Assembly: GCA_964632315.1 (NCBI GenBank)
Contig: CAZWEM010000004.1
Location: forward strand, 1-64,000
Reading direction: 5' to 3'
Source: an uncultured archaeon
GTDB taxonomy: Archaea > Asgardarchaeota > Lokiarchaeia > Sigyniarchaeales > SOKP01
Length of the DNA: 64,000 bases
The translations under genes and the position numbers were made by a program. Positions 55,183 to 64,000 of the stretch are shown here, piece after piece. Numbering within the stretch: position 1 is the first letter of the stretch; every line of letters starts with the position of its first letter. The notes under the pieces were generated by a model. That model was not told where the DNA came from and searched no databases. It saw only the letters and a program-made list of their open reading frames with translations.

Positions 55183-55471
55183 CTCTGTTTTTTTCTTTTA
55201 AGATTTCGGTAGTATATAATGTTATCACTTATGAATTTAAATTTTTCGAAGAATAATAATAAAAGATATTCTAATTAGGGATTTTAGAAATAAATTGACC
55301 TAAAAATATCGATAAATTTATTAAAAGTCGAAAACATCTATTGTTTTTTAATAATTGAGTTTTTTAATAATATACCAACAAAACCAGTTATAATTAATAA
55401 AAAGTACTTCAGATCATTTAAAAATATAGTTTGAAAAAAATAAAATAAATAAAATGTTGAAATGGTTGAAT

Positions 55472-56797
55472 TTAAGCATCCAGATTTTCAATTAAGATAG
55501 CTACTCCTTGTCCACCACCACAACACGCATTAGCAACGCCATACTTGGCATTCTTATCTTTTAATATGCGTGCTAGAGTCCCCGTTAAACGTACCATTGT
55601 AGAACCTAATGGGTGACCAATAGCCGTTGAACCGCCCATAACATTAACCTTTTCTTCTGGAATATTGAAATGCTTCATGCAATTCAAGGTAACAACACAG
55701 AAGGCCTCATTTATTTCCCAATAGGAGATATCATCTGCAGTCAATCCCGCATGTTTCAAAGCCATTTCCGTTGCAGGAACAGGTCCTCGGCCCATCACGG
55801 AGGGATCAACGCCCGCAATACCAATGCTAACTATTTTTGCCATAGGGTTCAAACCTCTCTTTTCAGCTTCCTTACTTTCCATCAATAGCATTGCGGTTGC
55901 GCCGGCATTTAACGGAGATGAATTTCCCGCAGTGATTACACCTTCTGCTTGCCTTTCTTCATATCCAGGTTTTCCACTTTCTCGATCTCTATATCCTTGT
56001 CGACCACCTATATCTACTCCGCGAATATTCTCCTTTAAATAGTAAGGCTTTGATAATCTTCGCAACTTGGATACTTGTTCTAACGTTGATTTTCTTGGAG
56101 CTTGATCTTCATCAATTAATACCCTTTCTTCCACATTTCCCTCTACATGTCCTTCGATTGGAATTATTTCTCCTTTGAACCATCCCGCTTCAGTGTTATC
56201 AACTGCTAGATTGTGACTTCGAACCCCAAATTTATCTAAATCTTCTTTAGTGAAATCGGGGGTCTCTTGTTCATATAATTTTTGAGCTGTTTGTAACATA
56301 TTGATAGTAGTCATTAGATCATATTGAGGGCGGTAAAATTCATCTTTCTTGTTAATCATACCAAGGTATGGTCTTGTCCAATCATTTTGCATGGGAATAC
56401 GGGTCATATGTTCCACTCCTGTTGCCAAGCCACACTTAGTATATCCCGTCATAATTTCTAAAGCAAGAAATTGAGCACCAGCACCAGCTGACCCACATTG
56501 TCTATCAATAAAAAAAGCAGGAGTTTTTACAGGAAAATCAGCCATAAAGATTGGAAGTCTTCCACCGTATGTCCATTGTTCATAAACACCCATCGCACTA
56601 CCTACGGAATAATCATCTACATCCTCTTTTGTGATTCCTTTATCTGCTAGTTTCGCATCAAAAAATTTCATGATCAATCTCGATAAGAGTTCATCTCCAC
56701 GTTGGTCTCCAAAGACATCTCGCTCGGGTTGTTTTGGGCGACTTCGTGAAAAGGCAGTTCTAGCATAATCAATTAACCAAACTTCTTTTGTTTCCAT
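55472..56797 (-). CDS. Acetyl-CoA C-acyltransferase (thiolase)
   Basis: DRQCGS, TAGNSS, EINEAF, GHPLG, CCGGGQG. Confidence 0.93.
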   Translation of the reverse strand: METKEVWLIDYARTAFSRSRPKQPERDVFGDQRGDELLSRLIMKFFDAKLADKGITKEDVDDYSVGSAMGVYEQWTYGGRLPIFMADFPVKTPAFFIDRQCGSAGAGAQFLALEIMTGYTKCGLATGVEHMTRIPMQNDWTRPYLGMINKKDEFYRPQYDLMTTINMLQTAQKLYEQETPDFTKEDLDKFGVRSHNLAVDNTEAGWFKGEIIPIEGHVEGNVEERVLIDEDQAPRKSTLEQVSKLRRLSKPYYLKENIRGVDIGGRQGYRDRESGKPGYEERQAEGVITAGNSSPLNAGATAMLLMESKEAEKRGLNPMAKIVSIGIAGVDPSVMGRGPVPATEMALKHAGLTADDISYWEINEAFCVVTLNCMKHFNIPEEKVNVMGGSTAIGHPLGSTMVRLTGTLARILKDKNAKYGVANACCGGGQGVAILIENLDA

Positions 56798-56985
56798 TTT
56801 TTTTTCTTCCTCCTAATTTATTACTAATTTTTGATAATAATTTAGGGTATTAAAATTTGATATTAAACTTTTTGATAATAGGGTGTTTACATACGTAAAA
56901 TCTACTAATCAATATGAAAATCCAATTTGTCAATTTTGATAAAACTATTCGATATTGTTAAGATTATATTAGAATCATTTTTATA

Positions 56986-57417
56986 ATGGGAAATTTTAAA
57001 AAAATTATGTCTGGTAAAAGTGAGAAAATCCCCTTGATATCAATAATTGCGGGAAGTACATCTGATAAAGAAGTTTATGAAAAAGCAGAAAAAGTTTTAA
57101 ATGAAAATGGAATAAATTATGATTTACAAATAATTTCTGCTCATAGAAACCCAAAGGAACTTGATGAGTACATAAAAAATAGTCACTCTTTAATATACAT
57201 CGCAGTTGCAGGACTTTCTGCTGCTTTACCCGGAGTTATAGCATCTAAAACGGATAAAGTAGTTATTGGAGTGCCTGTTAGTGCTAAATTAGGAGGCCTT
57301 GATGCCCTATTATCCATAGTTCAAATGCCTCCTGGAGTGCCTGTTGCATGTGTAGGGATTGATAGAGGAGATAATGCCGCATATCTCGCAATAAGACTTC
57401 TCAAATTGTTAAAATAA
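56986..57417 (+). CDS. purE: AIR carboxylase / N5-CAIR mutase
   Basis: [33 protein letters not shown]. Confidence 0.93.
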   Translation: MGNFKKIMSGKSEKIPLISIIAGSTSDKEVYEKAEKVLNENGINYDLQIISAHRNPKELDEYIKNSHSLIYIAVAGLSAALPGVIASKTDKVVIGVPVSAKLGGLDALLSIVQMPPGVPVACVGIDRGDNAAYLAIRLLKLLK

Positions 57418-57431
57418 GAGGTGAACATATA

Positions 57432-58136
57432 ATGAGCGATGAATTGGTAGAATTGGGTAAAAAAAACGCTGCATATCGAGCTGTGGAGGAAAATGTGCAA
57501 AATGAAATGATTCTAGGGATAGGGAGTGGTTCTACTGTAGTTTATGCAGTTGAAAAGTTAAAGATGTTGATTTCAGAAAAAAAATTTTCAGTAAAATGTA
57601 TACCCACCTCTTTTCAATCATATCAGTTGATTGTCGAGAATGGATTAAACTTAGGATCGTTAGATCAATATCCAATAATTGATCTAGATCTGGATGGGGC
57701 AGATGAAATCGACGAAGACCTTAACCTCATTAAAGGAGGGGGAGGATGTTTAGTACAAGAAAAAATTGTTGCTTCAAACTCTAAAAGGCTTGTAATAATC
57801 GCCGATTTCCGTAAAAAATCTAAGAGTTTAGGCGAGAATTGGAAGAAAGGGGTTCCGATTGAAGTAATTCCTTTAGCATATGTTCCAATTCTTGAAAAGC
57901 TGAAAAAATTAGGAGCTAATCCTATATTGCGGATGGCGAAAGCAAAAGCGGGCCCACTAATAACAGATAACGGTAATTTCATAATCGATGCCGATTTTGG
58001 GATTATCGAATCTCCTAATGAGATAAATGATAGTATCTTGAAAATTCCAGGGGTGGTAGACACGGGATTATTTATTGGGATGGCTGAAAAAGCATATATA
58101 GGACAAAAGGATAGCACTGTATTAGTATTGGAATGA
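57432..58136 (+). CDS. rpiA: Ribose-5-phosphate isomerase A
   Basis: GIGSGSTV, DGADE, IKGGGG, EKIVA, TDNGN, IPGVVDTGLF. Confidence 0.96.
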   Translation: MSDELVELGKKNAAYRAVEENVQNEMILGIGSGSTVVYAVEKLKMLISEKKFSVKCIPTSFQSYQLIVENGLNLGSLDQYPIIDLDLDGADEIDEDLNLIKGGGGCLVQEKIVASNSKRLVIIADFRKKSKSLGENWKKGVPIEVIPLAYVPILEKLKKLGANPILRMAKAKAGPLITDNGNFIIDADFGIIESPNEINDSILKIPGVVDTGLFIGMAEKAYIGQKDSTVLVLE

Positions 58137-58158
58137 TTCTAAAGTATAAGAAACGACT

Positions 58159-58776
58159 ATGAAAAAAGTAGCATTAGCAGTTCATGCAAATAATAACTTT
58201 AGTCTTGAAATTATCAATAATTTGCATGGTCTTGATTTTATCCATGTAGATGTTGCTGATGGTAAGTTTACTGAAGTAAGAAATTTAGATTTAGATGTTT
58301 TCAGAACTATCAAATCAATGACTGATACTTCTCTAATTGCACATATGATGGTACGGACCCCATTAAAATTTTTGGATAAGATTTCTGATTTTGTAGAAAT
58401 TTACACTTTTCATGTTGAAGTCGCAAACGAGATAGAGTCTATCATAACTGAAATAAGAAAAAGAAAAAAATTGGTAGGCATCGCCATCAATCCAAACACC
58501 CCAATTTCAAAAGTAATACCTTATTTGGATGAAATTGATTTAGTATTAGTCATGTCAGTATATCCAGGTAAATCTGGTCAAAAATTTATTGTAGATACAG
58601 TTCAAAAAGTACAACACTTATCAGCTTATCAACAGAGTCATGAATTTTTAATCGATGTTGATGGGGGAATTAATGTTGAAAATTCCAAACTACTCAAGGC
58701 AGACATTGTAAGTAGTACTAGTAGTATACTTAATGCGCCTGATCCAAATTTAATTATTAAGTTATTAAAAAATTGA
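58159..58776 (+). CDS. rpe: Ribulose-phosphate 3-epimerase
   Basis: HVDVADG, HMMV, FHVE, MSVYPG.SGQKF, VDGGIN. Confidence 0.92.
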   Translation: MKKVALAVHANNNFSLEIINNLHGLDFIHVDVADGKFTEVRNLDLDVFRTIKSMTDTSLIAHMMVRTPLKFLDKISDFVEIYTFHVEVANEIESIITEIRKRKKLVGIAINPNTPISKVIPYLDEIDLVLVMSVYPGKSGQKFIVDTVQKVQHLSAYQQSHEFLIDVDGGINVENSKLLKADIVSSTSSILNAPDPNLIIKLLKN

Positions 58777-58799
58777 AATTAAAAAGAAATTAAAAAAAA

Positions 58800-61700
58800 T
58801 TATTTTTTTGGTGTAAATTCTAAGGATTTCCCACAACTAGGGCAAAATTTCGTATTAAGTCGTATTGAATGACCACAATATGGGCAATAGAGAATATTTT
58901 TTTGAGCCCCTTCATCAGAAGATTCATGATCACTAGAAATTGAATGAGAAGAATCATAGTTTTGCCATGCTTGCTCTTGAAAAGCAGCGCGTTTCTTTCT
59001 TCTATGTCTAACGGAATATATTATAACGGAAATTACTATTAATGCTATGACACTGATGATTATAATTAAAAGTAGGGGATCAAACTGAGTTCCTTGTTGT
59101 ATAGAAAGGATTATTACGAAATCATCAGTTCCTCCATCACTATCAAATATAGTTAATACAAAAATGGATAAATATCCCTCTCCTGTGTTAAAGTCGTAAG
59201 TAGAAGCAGTAGAAATAGACTTTATTCCTGTTATCGACGAATATTGCATGTTATAAGGAATTGAGAATGATCCGATATGTGTATTTGCCGCAAGATTGTA
59301 ACCTAATTCAACTGTAGGGAAAGTGCTTGGATAGATAAGCATAATGTAATTATCAGGGGTAATTGAAACAGCAAACAAGTTGACCGAAATTCGCATTTTT
59401 TGAGAATTGGAATCTTCGTATGAAACTGAATCAAGAGCAGTAATGTTAAAATCAAATCTATCGTCTTGAGTGGTTGTGATCACATAAGTGCTATTGACAT
59501 CATGAGTTTCATCTAAAGTGTATTGTTGACCATTAACGGTAAAGGTTGATTTAGCCTCATCAAATTTTGGTGGATGATTGATAATTTGAGATAATACTCT
59601 TTCTGAGTTTGGATTAGTATAATTGCTATTTGGATCACTTGGAAGAATATACGCTAATAAATATCCTGAGGGGTCATTTGAAGTTGGAATGAATGTGCTT
59701 GAATAGTGAGCTCCGAAATTGCTCATTGAGAGAGTTTTATTGATGGTTTGTTTAGTATTATAATACGAATAGGTATAAATTGCCATGTATGTTGATGAGT
59801 CGTAATTCGACGCATCTAGCTCCGCATCAATGATGATGGGGTCAGAACCTGATCTTGTTGCAGAACTAGTTATATTCAACGAATTAATCTGTGGTACAGC
59901 AGAAGAATTATAATATAATACTTTTGAACTCTTGGAGTAAGTTGTACCTCCAATAGTTATACTCACATTGATATCATAAGGCATATAGGAGTAAGAGCTC
60001 GTTGGTAATGAAAAGGTTTCGTTATAAGCGATCCCATTATAAAGTGAAGCCATCAATATTTCTTCATTATAGCCCAAATGATTAATGGATACGTTTAATC
60101 GTGATTGAAGGATACTTGAGGAAATACGTGAATTAGTTATTTGATCAAAAGCATAAACAGAGATATTCACATTGGAATCAGTAGTTCGCTCCGATTCTAT
60201 GTCAAGGTTTAATGAAACATCGTCTTTTTTCAAGAAATAGTCCATAAGGTTCGAAACCAATCTCGAATGGTCATTAATAAAATCTTGATCATCATATAAT
60301 GCATTTAACCAATTTAGATCTCCAAACGCTACAAAGCGTCCCTTATCCGTACTCCTTCCATCAAAGGCAGAAGCTACGCATTTTCCATCTATGGTTGCAA
60401 TAGCTTGTACATCACCTGATCGTGAAAAGGTATTACCATACGCCCAGCCAAATCCATTAACACCACCAAAGATCTCTGGGGAATTGAAATTAGATACGTT
60501 TATGATCTGATATGATGCACCCACTCCTAACCAATTTTCATTTATGATGGTTTCCTGATTCACTTGAAGATCCAAACCAAGTTGAGAGAAGAGTGAATTG
60601 ATATTCTGGATACATAAATCATTATGTCTAGTTCCCAAGAACAATATGTTTCCTCCACTATCAAAATAGCTTTTAAGATTTTTCATTTCTAATTGATTAT
60701 AAGGTAAAATTGGATTTTGTAGAATGACGAGATCATATTGAAAAAGACGTTCCTCAGTGAGAATAGAATTATCAGAATCTGCATTGTAATTAGGGGTCCA
60801 ATATTCAGCTAAATAATCAATAGATATGTTCAAATCGGTTATAGCCTTCATTGAATCATAAAATCCCACCTGATAAAAGGAGATGTCTGGGAACCAATCA
60901 TTTAAACCATGATAAGAATCCATTAATATTTTATATTCTGGAAACCTTACATCAATAGAAACTTCAACAGAATCATATAACACGCTTCCACTGGTAATAT
61001 TAAGAGTAAAGGTTCTTTTACCAGGTGAAGCATTTTTTTCAATAATTACGTCAACAGAAACAAAAGAAACATCATCATTAGAAAATATCACTTCTGATTT
61101 ATCCAAAGAAATCTTTACGCCATCTAATTTGTTAGGTACTCCAATATCTATCGTTTGGGCTTTCCCTGAAAGGAGAGTTAAATTGAATGCTTGGTGATCA
61201 CCTGGAAAATTTAATAGATCGAATGGTTTGACTGGTAAGGTATTAGGAGAAATTGAAGCAATTTCATTGACATCCCCATAGGTTGCATTAACCGTCATGA
61301 GAAAATTGAGAGATGCAGTTACATTTAAAATTCCTGCTCCATCTTTTAAGTATTCGTAAGATCCATTAACTTGCTTGTTAGCTCCTTTAATCAGCGCAAT
61401 TCTTCCCGTTTCTGGTGTCATTGTTGGAAAAGCATCCAGTAAGACAGCTAAAGCTCCTGAAACAAATGGGCAAGCCATACTGGTTCCACTTAGAGGAATA
61501 TAATCGAAATTACTGGGATAATCAAAATAATCACCAATGAATCTTTTTTCATCAGATAAGACCGAGTTGGGAGCTTCAGTAGAAATAATATTTACACCGG
61601 GTGCTATTATATCAGGATATCCAAGATAACTTAGAGATGGCCCCCAACTACTGAAAGGTGCTAATTTGTTATTTTGATCAAAAGCTCCAACTGATATCAC

Positions 61701-62792
61701 ATCAACACCAGATGCTGGACTTCCTCCTGTAAAATAATCCGGCCCAGAATTTCCAGCTGAAGCAACTAATAATACACCATAATTTTTAGCCGCATTGCTT
61801 ATTGTTAAAGTCATTGGGTCTTCTGCATCGGGAGTGCCCCCTCCAAAACTCATTGAGATTATATCTGCTTCTGCTCCTCCGCTCGCTACAGGTGTAACGG
61901 CCCAATCAATGGCACTTATTATGTCTCCTTCCGCTAAGCCAGAATAGTTACCTGCCCTTGCATTTATTAGGGAAACTCCAGGAGCAACTCCGTGATATTT
62001 CCCTGAAGAAGCTTCACCATCTCCGGCAATTATACCTGCGACATGAGTACCATGACCATAATCATCGTTAACTTTATTAGAAGCTTCTCCAGAGACAAAA
62101 CTTCTACTTAAAACCACGTTGTAATCTGAATGGTTATAAATTCCCGTATCCACAACGGCAACTCTTACTCCAGATCCATCATAGTTCAGATTATTTGCGC
62201 TAATCGCTGGTATCCACCAGTTCGGATAATTATTTGGATTTAAAGAACTCGAACTAGGTAGTTCATTATTAATATAAGGGGCTTCATATATGGTAGAAAT
62301 ATATATCTTTTTGACTCCTTGGACCTCATTTTTAGTCTGGTACATCTCAACTAAATCAGATAAAGAAATCGATAAAAATAAACCAGGAATGATGTTATAG
62401 TTGTTAAGAAGCGTATAATCACTTAGAAACGAATTTATTATTGCGATTCTTTCTGATTTTTCAATATAATCGTCAAATAAGACTATCACCTTTATTTTCT
62501 GTGAATAATGGTTTTCAATATAGGTATTATTTGATAAAATCTGACTTAATTTATTATCAAACAATCCATTTTGACTTTTAAATTCAACATTCACACGATT
62601 TGTATCATTTTCTGTCATTATGGATGATAACCCTGTTAATAAGCTTGAATCAAATATTAAATCATCATCTGATTTTGCATTGCTTCCAGTTGTTCCAAAA
62701 TTTATAGCAATAGGGATAGATAGGAAGCAAGCAACGATGTATATGAGAAATACAGTTTTTTTATCAAATTTAAAGATTTTCATAGGTATCAC
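58800..62792 (-). CDS. Membrane-anchored S8 subtilase with pro-domain, Ig-like and GATase/DUF4350-like domains, C-terminal TM and cytoplasmic double zinc ribbon
   Basis: VAVVDTG, HGTHVAG, SAGNSG, GTSMACP catalytic residues; N-terminal signal/TM; TM followed by RHRRKKR; CPYCG..CPSCG. Confidence 0.9.
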   Translation of the reverse strand: MIPMKIFKFDKKTVFLIYIVACFLSIPIAINFGTTGSNAKSDDDLIFDSSLLTGLSSIMTENDTNRVNVEFKSQNGLFDNKLSQILSNNTYIENHYSQKIKVIVLFDDYIEKSERIAIINSFLSDYTLLNNYNIIPGLFLSISLSDLVEMYQTKNEVQGVKKIYISTIYEAPYINNELPSSSSLNPNNYPNWWIPAISANNLNYDGSGVRVAVVDTGIYNHSDYNVVLSRSFVSGEASNKVNDDYGHGTHVAGIIAGDGEASSGKYHGVAPGVSLINARAGNYSGLAEGDIISAIDWAVTPVASGGAEADIISMSFGGGTPDAEDPMTLTISNAAKNYGVLLVASAGNSGPDYFTGGSPASGVDVISVGAFDQNNKLAPFSSWGPSLSYLGYPDIIAPGVNIISTEAPNSVLSDEKRFIGDYFDYPSNFDYIPLSGTSMACPFVSGALAVLLDAFPTMTPETGRIALIKGANKQVNGSYEYLKDGAGILNVTASLNFLMTVNATYGDVNEIASISPNTLPVKPFDLLNFPGDHQAFNLTLLSGKAQTIDIGVPNKLDGVKISLDKSEVIFSNDDVSFVSVDVIIEKNASPGKRTFTLNITSGSVLYDSVEVSIDVRFPEYKILMDSYHGLNDWFPDISFYQVGFYDSMKAITDLNISIDYLAEYWTPNYNADSDNSILTEERLFQYDLVILQNPILPYNQLEMKNLKSYFDSGGNILFLGTRHNDLCIQNINSLFSQLGLDLQVNQETIINENWLGVGASYQIINVSNFNSPEIFGGVNGFGWAYGNTFSRSGDVQAIATIDGKCVASAFDGRSTDKGRFVAFGDLNWLNALYDDQDFINDHSRLVSNLMDYFLKKDDVSLNLDIESERTTDSNVNISVYAFDQITNSRISSSILQSRLNVSINHLGYNEEILMASLYNGIAYNETFSLPTSSYSYMPYDINVSITIGGTTYSKSSKVLYYNSSAVPQINSLNITSSATRSGSDPIIIDAELDASNYDSSTYMAIYTYSYYNTKQTINKTLSMSNFGAHYSSTFIPTSNDPSGYLLAYILPSDPNSNYTNPNSERVLSQIINHPPKFDEAKSTFTVNGQQYTLDETHDVNSTYVITTTQDDRFDFNITALDSVSYEDSNSQKMRISVNLFAVSITPDNYIMLIYPSTFPTVELGYNLAANTHIGSFSIPYNMQYSSITGIKSISTASTYDFNTGEGYLSIFVLTIFDSDGGTDDFVIILSIQQGTQFDPLLLIIIISVIALIVISVIIYSVRHRRKKRAAFQEQAWQNYDSSHSISSDHESSDEGAQKNILYCPYCGHSIRLNTKFCPSCGKSLEFTPKK

Positions 62793-62925
62793 TTACCATC
62801 ATGTATATTTATTTATTATTTTAACACCTAAAAAACCAAAATTTTTTTTAATTTTTGTTTATTACTTTTCTTACGGTTTCAAAATTAGCATTAAAGGAGA
62901 TAGAAAAAAAAAAATAAGAAATACT

Positions 62926-63061
62926 GGGCCTGTGGATTAGTCGCAGTTCGAGTTCTCGTTTTGATAGAAATCGAGCGAATATCGTTCGCTTGGCATGCGA
63001 AAGGCCGGGGGTTCAATGAACCGCGGGATTTACCCGTACTATGAAAATCCCCCCAGGTCCA
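62926..63061 (+). tRNA. tRNA-Ala(GGC) with two introns (62947-62980 in the D arm, position 22/23; 63018-63047 in the T loop, position 59/60)
   Basis: Acceptor GGGCCTG/CAGGTCC with G3:U70 and discriminator A; anticodon stem TTCGC/GCGAA, loop TTGGCAT; T stem GGGGG/CCCCC. Removing both introns gives a 72-nt cloverleaf. Confidence 0.9.
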
Positions 63062-63093
63062 CTATTTTTATCATTAAATCAAAGAAAATTGCG

Positions 63094-63877
63094 ATTATAA
63101 ATCTCTAATATAAGACTTTCCATCCATCTAAGCTAATTCAGTATCAAGCATAAACTGAACAAAAGGATTAACCTTTAGATCCCATTTCCTAAAAGTTCTA
63201 ATAGCGTTATAAAAATTAGTTATAGATTCTAAATCCTTTTTTACTAATATATTATTGATTTGAATCAATAAATCCTCGGGCTTATCTCTAACCTCTGAAA
63301 GCACCCTCAAAAACCATTTATGATATAGATAAAGGACTTCATTATGGGCCAAGATTAATCTTCCACCTTATAAAATTAAATCTGAGATAGCTGTCGTGAG
63401 TAAATACAGATTATTCAACTTAATTGCCTCTTGGCAATACCAATAAGCAACTTGAAACTGTGAATAGAATTTTTTTATATTTTCGGATTGCTCGGTTTTT
63501 TGATATACGGGGATCATATTGAGTATTCATTCTAATTCAGGAATCATTGAATATGCTATATACGCATCTTTAAACGCTTCTCTTGCAGGTTCAGAACCTC
63601 TTTCAGCAACAGTTCTTAGGAAATCAAGATTTACTACTTTACCATCAATATATCCACCCTCATAATTACAAGCATATTTATTAAAATATCCGAAATTATT
63701 TCGTTTTCTTCTCTTCTGATATTCTTCATCTGTTGCAATTAGAATTACATCAATATCTGAACTAATTCGGTCATATCCTTTAACAATTGATCCCCCAATA
63801 ATTAACCCAATGAATTTAGGATCAGTTCTAATAATTTCTGTAAACCTTTCAATTGCTTTTTTATGATGTGGTCTCAT
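63094..63877 (-). pseudogene. Decayed nucleotidyltransferase (DNA pol beta superfamily) gene
   Basis: GGS.......SDID motif. One frame continues through TGA 63527-63529, TAA 63368-63370 and TAG 63128-63130: ...PELE*ILNMIPVY...DLIL*GGRLILAHNE...DTELA*MDG. Confidence 0.8.
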
Positions 63878-64000
63878 CTGTAATCAATTACTATTGTCCC
63901 AAGTACAATTAATATTTTATGAAATTCAATACATATTACCTTAGAAATATCGAGGTATATATAAAAAGACGTGAAAGCGGAATTTCACGAACTTTAACTA

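Noticed and set aside
63527-63529. In-frame TGA as selenocysteine
   Set aside because: The same frame also has TAA and TAG stops, and the site is not in a Cys-type motif; pseudogene decay is simpler.

Overview
AT-rich, gene-dense archaeal chromosome segment. The gene content (three MPN/JAB proteins, a Rab-like small GTPase, a Roadblock-like fragment, PAN, a PAC2 chaperone, GGTGA-type ribosome-binding sites, an intron-containing tRNA) points to an Asgard archaeon, probably Lokiarchaeia; this is inferred, not searched. Most genes are housekeeping or metabolic: katG with Fur/PerR, copA, iscS/iscU, sufCB, gatC, dut, thiolase, purE-rpiA-rpe, a PAS histidine kinase and an S8 protease. The top finding is that the two ORFs at 3874-5466 and 5520-6113 are one ChlI/ChlD-type AAA+/vWA chelatase gene. 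It is interrupted in its conserved NPEEGELRPQ motif by a 32-nt insertion (5511-5542) that folds as a relaxed bulge-helix-bulge (BHB) substrate. Cutting at the canonical tRNA-endonuclease positions restores the motif and the frame exactly, so it is a candidate tRNA-type intron in a protein-coding gene. The same window has a tRNA-Ala(GGC) with two introns at non-canonical positions, and a double-HNH gene lies directly upstream of the interrupted gene. Other points of interest are a coupled MPN+/MPN- coiled-coil pair, a Site-1-protease-like subtilase, a pseudo-GTPase, a divergent aCPSF1-like RNase, probable ATA/ATC start codons, three 17-bp-spaced Fur-type boxes and several pseudogenes. All family calls come from motif recognition by eye; no database search was run.
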